Assembly (NCBI GenBank): GCA_026914245.1
Contig: CP110440.1
Coordinates: 1,922,001 to 1,986,000, forward strand
Source: Puccinia triticina
Taxonomy: Eukaryota
Length of the DNA stretch: 64,000 nt
Reading direction: 5' to 3'
Made by a program: the position numbers and the translations under genes. Positions 41,046 through 52,465 of this stretch are shown piece after piece; the first letter of the stretch is position 1; each line of letters opens with the position of its first letter. Below the pieces are notes generated by a model. The model saw only the letters and a list, made by a program, of their open reading frames with translations, had not been told where the DNA came from and did no database searches.

Positions 41046-44000
41046 TTAATGGTAGTTGTTGAGACTTACAGCTGTCCCCAATCCCACAGCACTCATTTTT
41101 TGTATTTCAAAACCAAATGTTGAGATCAGATTTAAAAGAATTGCAACATGTCCGATGACCCTTTCACTGTCAATTACCTCAGTCAGGTCGTGATCAGATT
41201 TCACTAAGCAGCAGTTGAGATCTGGGTAATCCTTGTATGGATCTTCCTCCCATCCCACTTCCTTGAATGCTTTCACGATCAACCAAGTTTTCCCAGCTGT
41301 TTGTTCCGATTGGAAAATTTGCTCCACTTCACCAAATCGCTGGTCCTTCCCTAGGTAGAACTCGACCAAGGAATTTGCTGGATGCCGATCTTTAGTTGTG
41401 AATGTCTTGCCGTTGAGTTTGATGTATTCAACAAGATCAACTTTTGAGTTAAGTGGGGGTACACCTGCATGTTGACCAAGCTTTCCCCTTGAACCTTCCT
41501 TTCCAGCCACCGCCCGCTTCCATTTTGACATCAGAGTTCTGTTCAACTGAGTAGATTTCTTCTTATTGTTGTTCTCCAAGCCGCGGTTGTGTTTTGCAGT
41601 GTGGTCTTTGAGAACCAACTGGAATGTTGAGTTGATATGCCATTCCTTCATCAATGTCTTCGGTATATCATCTAAGTACAATACACATGTCACCTTCTCA
41701 GTAATTAAATTCTCACAATGGCAATAGTTACACACAAATAAGCATGAGACTAACCGATGTGATGGTTTGTTGGCATCCTCTGCAACATTCCATTAACTCT
41801 TTCCTGTGCCCAAGCTGCTGTCGATCGAGGTGGGCCAAATCGGCGGATAACTTCAGAGTAATGCTGTGTCAGATGTAGATTTGGCTTGCTTGGTGCTTCT
41901 GGCCAGCCTTTTTGAAGACACTTTCAATAATCCAAGATTAAACTGTCAAGCTCATCAAGATCTTGAAGTTTGATCTTTGGGAGAGTCAGGAAGTGAGAAA
42001 TTTTGGATAGCAAGGTAGTTGATTCTAGGAGTGAGGATATCCTTATTTTGCTTTCCTCAGTTGCGCAATCCTTGTATGCTGTGGTCCAAATAGGAATCAA
42101 GGCAATGGGATAGTAGATCTTGTAAAGTATCAGCCATTCTGCTGCTTTTAAAGATCCGTGGGTAGCCAATCCCAAGTTGCGTGGAACCCTATCAATCCGA
42201 GAGGGTACAATTGTATGCAAGATAGTCCGCCGTACTATGTCCAGCTCCTCTGGCAAGAGTTTTGGTTGGTTGAAATCCGGAATTGGTGATGCAGCAGCTC
42301 TGCAAGCTCTATGTCAAGGACGAGTCGCAGTGTGATCACTTCCACTCTCATCTGCAGAATCGGTGGTTACCTCCTCATTCGCGTCACACAGCGCCTTCTT
42401 CCGCATCCGCAGGCTATAGGAATGGGCAGATGACCCATCTGATGTTGCACCAGCACCACTACATGTTCTGCTTTGACCAAGACCTAGCGTTTTTGTGGCT
42501 GGTGTTTGCTTGGCTTTGGCTGCACGGGCTCGCTTGTTTGGTTTTTCAGAGGTTTGATTTGATTCTTCGATATCGTCTAATTTCCGCTTGCCCTTGTTGG
42601 TGGAGTTAGGGACACAATTTGTTGCAAACGGAGTATCGGTATATGACTGGTCATTCTGCCATTCCGCATCCTTCTCTTGAATATCCTTAAGCTTGGATGC
42701 GACTGATGGCAATGACATGAAGCGCATCGTGTGATCTTTCAAGTCACCCAAAATCAAGGCATGCATCAATTCAATCGAGCAGAATTCTATTGGCCTCCAG
42801 TATGGGAGCTCATTGAGCACACTCCATCTTGCGCCATGTTCCTTCACAAACTTCTTACGTTCAGTCGCATTTTCTAGTTGAAGCCAAAGTTTTGCATGTT
42901 TTTGGTGCTCTTCATTCGTCCGCCGGGTAAACTTTGTGGTGTCCGTTTCCTCAATTTCATGCTTGCTCAACATACAAAAAGAGCAAAACCTAATTGAGGC
43001 GTGACTTCCAAATCCAGCAACCTTCCGGAGAGCAGGAAGATCTGCGATCAGGGGAAAGATCACAGCCCGTATAGTTCTTCCTTGAGCATGAGAAGCAGTG
43101 GATTCAAAGAAGACTCCATTCCAAAATTCTTTCAATTCATTCACCAGCGGTCGTAAGAGATGGTTCACCTCGTCTAGACTGGGTTCGTTGGGCCCAGGGA
43201 TAATTCCGAAAAGGAATATGTTTTCCTGCTTGTAGCGCTGATTTGGAGGAAGGTTCAAGCAGATCAAGACAATCTCTCCAACAGAGTTATGCTTCCCCAG
43301 ATTTGAAGTTCCTTCGGCATTGAACCAGTCAAGATATAGGCTGAACACAAGATTTCCAGAATTCTGGGTAAATATCCCAGTTCCATCGTCTGAGTTGGGG
43401 AATTCGCGCCAGATTTGACCATGCCACACATCTTCCATGTCGTGGTGTGGTTCCCATCTAGTTTTGGGAAGGCTGGAGTCTAGCAAGGTCTCGAAAGAAT
43501 TCTGAGAAAGCCGCTGTTTCAACCATGACTTGAGAGTTAAGTATGAGTATGTCCGAATTGGTTTTGATGCTTGCTGTTTATCGAGTTTGAAGAGGGCTTG
43601 ATCACATCTGGGTACAATTTCTTGCAACTTAGCCCACTTACAATACCCCTGATATTGGGAAAAGAAGGACTGGGTGCATGTGATCAGAGGATTTTTGTCT
43701 CCTTTTATCAGAGGGTAGAGTGCAAAAAATTTTTGGCAACATATTTGTGTTGTCAGATCTGGTACAAGGCCAAGTCGATGAAAAACTGCATCTCTAGTTT
43801 TGGGAATCTGTTGGATCATTGCTTTAGCATCAATAATTCGTTCCTCAGTGCTCCACAGCTCTGCCAAGAATGAGATGTTCTGCCTTGCTGACTCGAGGAA
43901 AGATGCGGACCCACCTTTGCTCAGTTTGTCTTTTAAGACAGATTGGGCCATCTGAATCATGACCTGTGTGCAAAACTGCTCCTCCAAAAGTGGCGCCTTC

Positions 44001-44319
44001 CTTGTGTTGTTTTCCAGTGGATTAGAGGTGGAGGCAGTCAGACCAGTCTGGGTCAAACTTGGATTAGCTCAAGATCTAACTATGCTTTTAAAGCAGATGT
44101 GATTCAACTCACCCGGATTGGATTAGAGCCCATTGGGTGTGCCTCCGGATGATTCGGCCCTTCCTTCTGGAGTTTCATAGTTGCTTTCTTCTGATGCAAT
44201 TGATAGTCTTTCCGTCCCAAGACCCTCCCAGGAACAATTCCACCGCCATCTTCTGCATGCTGCGTGGTGTTGCACCCATAGAATTCACAATGGCAAACAA
44301 GATTGGTTGTTTTAGGCAT
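41046..44319 (-). pseudogene. CACTA/EnSpm Tnp2-family (Transposase_21-like) transposase with two in-frame TGA stops
   Basis: DVWHGQIW, LYLDWFN, LICLNLPPNQRY..NIFLFGIIPGPNEP, LRPLVNEL, ADLPALRKVAGF, LKAAEW, KPNLHLTQHY..IRRFGP..AWAQERVNG; stops at 42314-42316 and 41924-41926. Confidence 0.92.
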
Positions 44320-45007
44320 GTTGCGAGTTTGTTTGTTTTAATTCGAGTAGATTGGGGATGAGTAATTTCAGACGTCTTCTAGATATTCAATGGGACACGA
44401 GGAAAAAATTCACATTCATACATAAGCTGGGGAAAGCTGGTTGATGCAAGCTTTATATCATCGCTACTCAGATACCAAGATCTACTTTTTTCATGAATGT
44501 TTTGAGGAAACAGTTACGTACTTGGCACCCAAAAGTTGCATGTGCATATCTTGACTCACCACCTGACCAAAGAATATGCAAGCCACCAAGTTGATGTGAT
44601 GTGCTACAATCATGCACAAGTTCAAGTCATTTAGATAGCAAGATGAGAATATGTACATATCATGTGCTTCAGTACATTTTCATGAGGAGCTGGCCCAGGT
44701 CGGACTTCATCTCACCCTGTGATGCTTCCTCGTTGAACTGGATGTACATTTTTCGGTTGGATTGAATCTCAAGTTCTAATGCCCCTTGTAACCCCGCGAC
44801 CATCATGCCTTCAGATGCTGTTTTGGAAAAGACTGCATCAACTGAATCCACATATTTGTGGTTGTGTTAGCCTGTTATAAAATTTTACATCATAAAAAGG
44901 GTGTTGTACCCACGGTCCACAACTCTGGAAATGACATCCTCCCCCATTACAAAAAATATTAATTGGCAGAGGACCTATCTTATCTCAATCCAACATCTCA
45001 TCAACCA

Positions 45008-45920
45008 ATGGAACCTTTTCGTACTATTCTATCTCCCATACAAATTGTTTGGCTCAAAGACATGCAGACAATGATTGATGAATCACTCAAGATTTTTGAG
45101 CCAGATTCTCATGAAGAGCAACAATTAAACATTAGCAACACCAAAGAAAGGGAACATGAGGCTTGGCGTTGGTATATTTTGTGTGATGGAAAAATCAGAG
45201 CGGGAGCACAAGATATGCGTATTCCTGAATGGGCAATCCCAAACGTTGTGGTATACAAAATGGGAAAAATCAAAAGTTTTTCTCTCATTTGCGTAATTAG
45301 TCATAGAATGCCTCATGGTACGACCATATGGACCCCAGAAATGGAATCTACGGCCAAATTACCCCCTAGTCTCCACTGAAAGTGTAACTGTAGCCCCACT
45401 GCACTGGAAGTTAGACCCTCCGGACAACCTGTAGCACCCTGTTGACCCCTGTCACGCACCTCAAGCCACCTTTCCCTACTCCATGGTATCTCCACTGCAT
45501 ATATTATTTTGCCTTTGTTTTCTAGCTGCATGACATCATCCAGCACTGCCACTGCAGTCTGTGCCATTGTTCTCCGCATTCTAGAACTTTCACCTCCACT
45601 TTTGTTTGGTTTTATTGCATCACATGCCATTGTTCCCTGCATCATGCATGCACCCCTCGCATAAATTGTACACAGCGCAGGCCAGCTAAAATCCCTCACT
45701 GGGGCTGCCCTGGAGCTAAAATCCCTCACATTTGTCTATATAAGGGGCTCTCTCCCCCTCATTTGTAGCTCGGGAGTTTATTACGGATCAGTGATTCACT
45801 CACCACCTTGTACTCTCAACACTTACAACTATACTCATAACAACCCTTATATATTTATAATAAATCTTTATAAAGTGTATCGAATAAACTCATCTTGAGC
45901 ATTCACTCCTATCACCTAAT

Positions 45921-45954
<34 letters not shown>

Positions 45955-46128
45955 AGCTGGTAGTATAGAAGGGCAGAGCTTGCAACTCCTTCATCCCCTT
46001 CTCCATTCAGCAAAAGGGTTTCACAACCACTTTTGAGTCTTACAACGTCAAGGCCATATGGGATGCAAAAAGGAACCGTCTTGGAAAAGGTATTTGGCCT
46101 CAAGTTCTTCTTCTACTTTTCTGCTGAG
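45008..46128 (+). pseudogene. Small hypothetical ORF disrupted by a solo LTR
   Basis: Removing the LTR and one ACGT joins ..IPEWAIPN to VKAIWDAKRNRLGKGIWPQVLLLLFC* in frame. Confidence 0.5.
45247..46044 (+). mobile_element. Solo LTR, family A, 4-bp TSD ACGT
   Basis: TGTGGTATAC...GAGTCTTACA; ACGT on both sides; homologous to the 22915 and 24260 copies. Confidence 0.9.
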
Positions 46129-46827
46129 CTGATTTTTCAATTCACATTTTACAAGGACCATTGATGTTTTCCACGCCAGATACCAACCCAGGGGGATTGG
46201 GCGGCTCGGCAGCAGGCCAGCATTCTTAGGATGATCAAGGGTAAACGATTGGGTATAGTTTGATCGTAAGTTATCAGAACAAAAGACAACTGCTAACTTC
46301 CTGTAACTAACTGTTCCTTCTACCAACAGCTAGCTGGCTTATCTCTCTCTGGATTCCACAATACTGCCTCATGGTTTCCTGTTTTTGGTTCTGTTCTGTG
46401 CTTCCTCTGTCTGGATGGTAGTAAATCTTTGGTTTGTTCTGATCCAGATTCAAGTGAGAAATTCACGATCTCCTATCTATCTGATGTCTGTGGTTGTGTA
46501 TCGCAATGAGATGGCTTAATGTGTCCCCCGCACGTCAGACAAATCTATTCTTTTTCCCATGTCTGTGTCTCTGCTTTTGGAATCTACTTCAGCTAGCAAT
46601 CAATTTTTGATGTATTGACGTTGTCTGGAAATATTAGGTTATGCTATACAGTGATCAGAATTTTACACCAAAGGTATATTGCTTTGGCTTAACACTCAGG
46701 AAAGGCATTGAATCTGCTGGATGTTGGGACTAAAGAATACATGGTATTGGTGTTTGCTCACGAGGAAGAGATAGCAATGGTTGCGGCTCATGTACTCTCC
46801 AATATTTGATCTGGTGGGTGTCACTGT

Positions 46828-46978
46828 CATGTTCGCGCGTACATTGGCGGGAACCTTCGAGGGCAAAAAACCGATTATGTGTTTTCACATGTGATGGGCC
46901 CAAATATTCAGATTGTAATACCAAGCTGGAACAAGCAATGCATTTGCCCAAAGTCACCCCCATGTACGCGCGTACATG
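46828..46978. promoter_or_regulatory. Two copies of the palindromic motif
   Basis: CATGTTCGCGCGTACAT at 46828; CATGTACGCGCGTACATG at 46961, ~255 bp upstream of ATG 47233. Confidence 0.6.
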
Positions 46979-47232
46979 AGAGGGATACTCAATTGACCAA
47001 ATACAACTCCTTTCATCAAATGAGAGCCAAACTGAGTTCTGAGTTGGCCAAGGCCCTTTGTCAATTACATAAACTCTCATTTGCCTTTCATTCACATTAA
47101 TAATTTCTCTCTCCCCTCATCCCTTTGCACTTTCCTAGACACGACCTGATTTGTGTAATATATAATCTGGACCTCCTCTTGTCTTCCCCCTCCTGACTCT
47201 GCTCTTTTGTCCTGTGATTCCTTTACTTCAGA

Positions 47233-48338
47233 ATGTCCTTATCCCAGACTCATTTCGCCAATGGCAAACCACCTGTTGGTGTTGCAAAAGTTAATCTTGC
47301 ATACTCAAAAATCCTCCTAAATTCCAAATCATCATTTAGTCGTTGTATTGCTGCCTTCACGCGAGCTCTCTTAGACATAGAATATGACCGCAAGAAAACT
47401 CCTTCAGAGGCATGGAAGCTCCCACCTTCTGCCCACGATTTCCACATTGGCTCTAACTTGCCAGACTCCATTCTCATACAGCCCATTGATCCCATTCCTG
47501 TTGGTTCAACATTACCCACCTCACAGAAGATATCCCCAATCTTTCGAATCCTATTTGTCCAAGACCTCTCAAAATCTTGTTTTCCTGGTGTTACTTTTCG
47601 CTGGTCTCATCCATGGGATTCTCACTGGAACCAACTTTTTGCAAAATTTATCCTAAAACATTGGAGGAATGCCTATGCAGCTGGAACATTTACTCCTTTT
47701 TTCATGGATCCGGTTGAAGCCTCAAACACATCCTTCCAGCTTGGCGTTCTCCACAGATGGTTTCTTGGAAGGCAGAAAGGATTACGATTGGGTCAGTTTT
47801 CAGAACAGCACAAATCCAAGAAGAAAAAATCCAAATGTAAATCCAAAGTACGAATGCAGGTATGCCAAATTATTGCTTTTCTCTTGCCCAAAATGTGGGC
47901 TAATCTCTTTCTTCATTTCAGATCTCGCAGCACCGTCAAGAAACGCTCTCTACACTCCCATTCAACCCTAACACGAAATCTTTATTCGATAACATCAAGG
48001 CTACTTCTGAAACTGAGATCAATCCCCCTCGCTCTCTGTTCAAAATCCCTTTGCTCTGGAGGTCACCGGAGTTCTCAAAATTTGCGCAAGAATTGGATCA
48101 GATTTTTATTCAGAAGAAGACCAGCACCAAAGGACACCAATTTGTACATGATTTTGTCTTGGAAGCTCGCAGGCAGACTTCAACCACATCTCCTCCAGCT
48201 GGCTTCAAGGAAGTTCCTCGTAATCTTCCGTTGAACTGCTACTCCCTTGAATACTTGTCAACGCTTTCCGAGTCCCAGAGAAATCTTCTTAATCCAACGG
48301 ATACCATCAACTTCTTGGAATTGCTAACAGTCAGATAA
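47233..48338 (+). CDS. Transposase-companion hypothetical protein B (paralog of A), one intron
   Basis: GTATGC..CAG intron at ~47860-47920 joins the ORFs; VTFRW..HWN, WRSPEF..LD, VPRNLPLNCY. Confidence 0.75.
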
Positions 48339-48399
48339 GGCTTGCTGTCCACCGTGAGTTACATTCAGCGACTTTCAAGCTGTCATATTGCTCATGAGT

Positions 48400-50724
48400 A
48401 GCTGAGCACATTCATACTGCTCATTTCCCCCCGATGGTACACTTAGCCTATTTACGAGACATTCTCAAATCAGTAAGTACAAAAAGGAAATTAGCAAGAA
48501 ATCACATACAGTGCAAGCTCTCCTTTCCTCTTTTGAACCTGATATATATTCATTTCCAGGCTCCCTTTTAGATAGTATTGATATACATGAACTGGATGAC
48601 CCTGTCCCAAGCGGTAAAGTCGGTCGACAGCTTGGACTTCTGCTGCAGGGTTCCACCCCGGTTCCTGAATGATGTAGTATTATTAGCTCTCTTCTATGCC
48701 TGTAAAAAACAACTATGGCTTACCGTCATGTACACATTCTGAGCGCAACGCAAATCAATGCCTACCCCGGCAGCTTGGATTGAGGCCAAGAGAACATTAC
48801 ACTGTCTGTTGGTTCAAAATTGATTCAGGTTTTCATCACGTTTTTTGATTGTCTGGTCCCCAGTAAGCCAGGTTAATCTAATACCGTTCTCCTGAAGTGC
48901 CCGTTCAATACTATAAGGTTGAATCAGAATCAACATCTATCCCCTTTCCATGCTCCAAAGCAAAACAACATAACTTACATCCCCAGAAACCCAGTGAAAC
49001 TAGAAAATACCACTGCTTTCGTCCTTTCAATTCCACGAACTCCTCCCAAGAAGACCTTCAGGTTGTCGACTAGGTGGACAATCTTTCCTGAATCCTGCCA
49101 TTGCCATTCTGGTTGATGAAGTATCTCTGATCTTGCAAATAATGGATGGTTGCAAAATTGACAAAGCATTGTCAACTGTCTGAAAAACTCCGATGAATCC
49201 CATCGCTCCCCCGCTGTTCTTAGCCTCCCAAAATATTGGATGAACGTCTGGTGCAGATCCTTCGAAATCTCCTCCCATTCGGAGCTGATTTTGACAAGTA
49301 TGAATTTCTCCACTTTCTCGGGGAGATTCAACAAAACATCCTTTGTTCTTCTCAAGCAAACAGCTTCCATGAGTTGGCTTAAGGTCTTGATTGCCTCTCG
49401 AGCACCAACGTTCATTCGAGGGACCAGACAGCTCCTCCATACCCACTCTTTGTCCCATGGATGTATTTTCAACAGCGTAATCAAGCTTTGCAAGTCGGTC
49501 AATCGGTTTTGGACAGGTGTCCCTGTCAAGCAAAGAACAAACTGGCACTGAAGATTTTGAATGCTCTGGGTTCGGTGCGTTGCTGCATTCCTTATCAAGC
49601 TATCATCGTAAAAATAAATCAGAACCATGTATGCCAATTGTCCACATGAATCATTTCACTTACTGGGCTTCATCCAATACAATCCTGAACCAGAACAGAT
49701 CTAGAGCTCCAATGTTGTGCTGGTTGGGGTGTTTCTTGTTACCACTCGTTCCAATCATTTCGTAAGTTGTCAAAATCAGCATTGTCGACTGCAGGTCTTC
49801 ACTAGTAAGGCTCTTCCGATTGTCTCCATAGAAAACCTCATAAGGGATTGCGTGATCTCTGAAATGGAGATCAATTTCGTTTTTCCAATTTGAAAGGGTT
49901 GCCAGAGGGCAGATGACTAGTGTAGCTGCAGATCGTTTGTTGGGATCAGCTTGTCGGAAATTTCTTGCGTTATCACTTGTCGCCAGGATAAAAGCAAGGG
50001 TTGTTAACGTCTTTCCTAATCCCATATCGTCAGCTAGTATTGATCCCTGGGACCTGTTGTGATTTGGTTCCTTCGCGCTAGAATTTGAATCTTTCTCGCA
50101 GTAATCGCGAAGCCAGGCATTGTCATGATGGTACCACAAGGCTTCTGGCTTGTTGTTCTCGGAGTCCTCATTCTTGAGGAGGAAGTTTAGGGCGGAAATC
50201 TGATGGGGTTTCATACTTGTCTTGCACTTTTGAAGCGATGTCGAGAGCCAAGGTGCTGGTCTGGAGTTTGAGTCCCTAGTGGTTTCAGTGAGGTGGGGAA
50301 TTGCGAAGAAAACATCTGGGCTGTAGTTCCAGATTGGGCTTAGTTCCACTTTGGCAGCTTCAAAGGCCAATTGGACTTGAGATATGTTTTCCGAGCGGCT
50401 GAAGACACATCCCCTCAGCTGAGGCTGTATACAATTCTTGGTCACGAGAAAGGCACGCAACTTCACCAGAGCTACATCATTGGGAGGGATTTCTGGTTGG
50501 GTGGGTGGAGTTGAACAGCTGGAAACTGGCCCTAATAATGGACCTAGATATTCACTCTGCTTTCGGCTGAGATCTCCAAAGCAATTATGTGGCGCGCAGT
50601 ATATGTGAACTAGCTGTCGGCCTTGTTGAAGAAAAGCTACCTGAGGGACATCAGAAGTAAGTGTTACAGTCCTAGTGGAAGGCAAGGTGATGATAAATTG
50701 GCCAAGACAGAATGTTGAAGACAT
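48400..50724 (-). pseudogene. SNF2-family ATPase (Rad5/Rad16-like), no RING, one in-frame TGA
   Basis: GSILADDMGLGKT, TLVICP..NWKNEI, RIVLDEAH (spliced), LTGTPVQN, KAVVFSSF, ASIQAAGVGIDL, EPGWNPAAEVQAVDRLYRLGQ; TGA at 48814-48816; 3' end approximate. Confidence 0.92.
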
Positions 50725-52075
50725 TTGTGGAAAGGGATGGGTAATTTGATTTATTCTGTTACACAAATGCAAACTGAGAAAGACAGGGGAGATAGTGTGT
50801 TCCTTTTGAAACGTTCCAGAGATGGGCCACTGGGGGTATCACTGAGCATGACAATATCAAAAAATCTGTTTTGACTTTGTTTGGCACTTGTATTTGGGCT
50901 CTTGAGCTCTGCAGGTTGGGTTAGGATGGTCCAAATCGCTACTTGATTACAAGAGCATGCAGGGTCAACTTGAACATATCATGAACATGAAATCATCTCC
51001 CCTTTGCCCCTTTGGATATTGAATCTTTATGTAAACTCACAGGCAAGGATATTCATGAAGATTGTTTTTCTATTTTTAACGTGACAATTGAATATCCAAT
51101 ATGTGGGATATGTGGGAGTGACCTCACTTACGACTGCAAAATATAAGGTTTTCCCCTGAAGCATTGGTACGTCACATGAATGAACCTTGCAGTTAAGTAA
51201 CCGTTATCTAGCCATCCAGTTAGCCTTATAGCTCTTTTTACATTTTGAGTAGTATCTTTTTTAAAATATCACACTTCCTTGCCAGATTTCACATTCACCC
51301 TGCCTGTCCTGCACAGTGGAATGGGGCTTGAGGTGGGGCAAAGCATGCTTCTTTGCAAGGGCATTCATTCCACAACACGAAATCTTTCTGGAGTAATGAT
51401 TCAGTTACACTGATGCGCAACACATATTCAACAGGAATTACTGTTTGAATGGCTTGTACTAATGTCTCATTGCACATCAGTTGTACTAAAATTAAGAAAA
51501 GCAAATCAAAGAGTTCTACACAACATTGTGTTACCTCCCACATTTCTTCTAGCTGTCTTGAGACTCAATTCAGCCTCATTTCGTTGCCGTACTTATGCAT
51601 CAATTGTGAATCACTTCTGGATTAATTTCAACTTTCTTGTGGCTCACTTCTGACAGAGTTCTTGATCAGATTAGGGATAAGTTACTATTCCCATCCGGCT
51701 GACATCCGACCAAAACTCACATACAATTCAGCGGTGGCACTCCCTGGGGAGTGGGAACATATCTCCCCTGGTGATTACTCTGATTGGCACTCTTGCACTT
51801 CTCATCAATTGTCTATCTGAGTCACGTATATTAGTCATACTAGACTCTCAAGGGATGGGGTTTATGTTGTGTAATGGTTTGATTTGGGGGAGAAGGAGGA
51901 GGGGAATGCAAATGCAAGTAGGCATAGTGGAGTGAAGGGGAATAGAAATAATTGAGGTTGGATACAAAATGCAACATGAGCATCCCTAAGATGTGCCATA
52001 TTCAAAAGGCATTTGCTCATTGGAATAGGTAAGAGACTGGCCCTTGTGCCTAAAGAAATGTTGCATGCTCTTTGC

Positions 52076-52465
52076 CAGCGGTGGGTAGTTACGTTACCGA
52101 TAACGGTAATGTAACGGTAACATAACCGTTTTTAAGCCGTTATCGTTACATTTACTCGTAACGGTGGTGCGCTACGTTATCGCGCCACTGCTTGCACCAT
52201 TTTTTTCTTCTCGTTACGTTATTGGGGCCCGCGGCGCGCCAGATAATACGCTGATTTCAGCGCCAAAACAGCCCTTAAGGGCTTGTTATTGCGTTATCCA
52301 GGCAATAATGTAGCGTAACGGCGTCGGAAAAAGACCCGTTACGCTAACCATATGGCGCTTACAAGGCCTGTTACTCGTAACGTAACGGGGCGCGGTGGAT
52401 AACGGAGGTAGTTACGTTACGCAAATAGCGAGGATGACACAACGTAACGTAACTACCCACCATTG
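52076..52465. mobile_element. CGTTA-rich MITE with 7-bp TSD TCTTTGC
   Basis: TIRs CAGCGGTGGGTAGTTACGTTA / TAACGTAACTACCCACCATTG; TCTTTGC on both sides. Confidence 0.88.

Larger units (their letters stand above)
26255..51773. mobile_element. Giant 25.5-kb CACTA/EnSpm (CMC) transposon with multigene cargo
   Basis: 38-bp TIRs CACCAGGGGAGATATGTTCCCACTC(T/C)CCAGGGAGTGCC at 26255-26292 and 51736-51773 (1 mismatch); ATT TSD at 26252-26254 and 51774-51776; encloses a Tnp2-type transposase. Confidence 0.9.
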
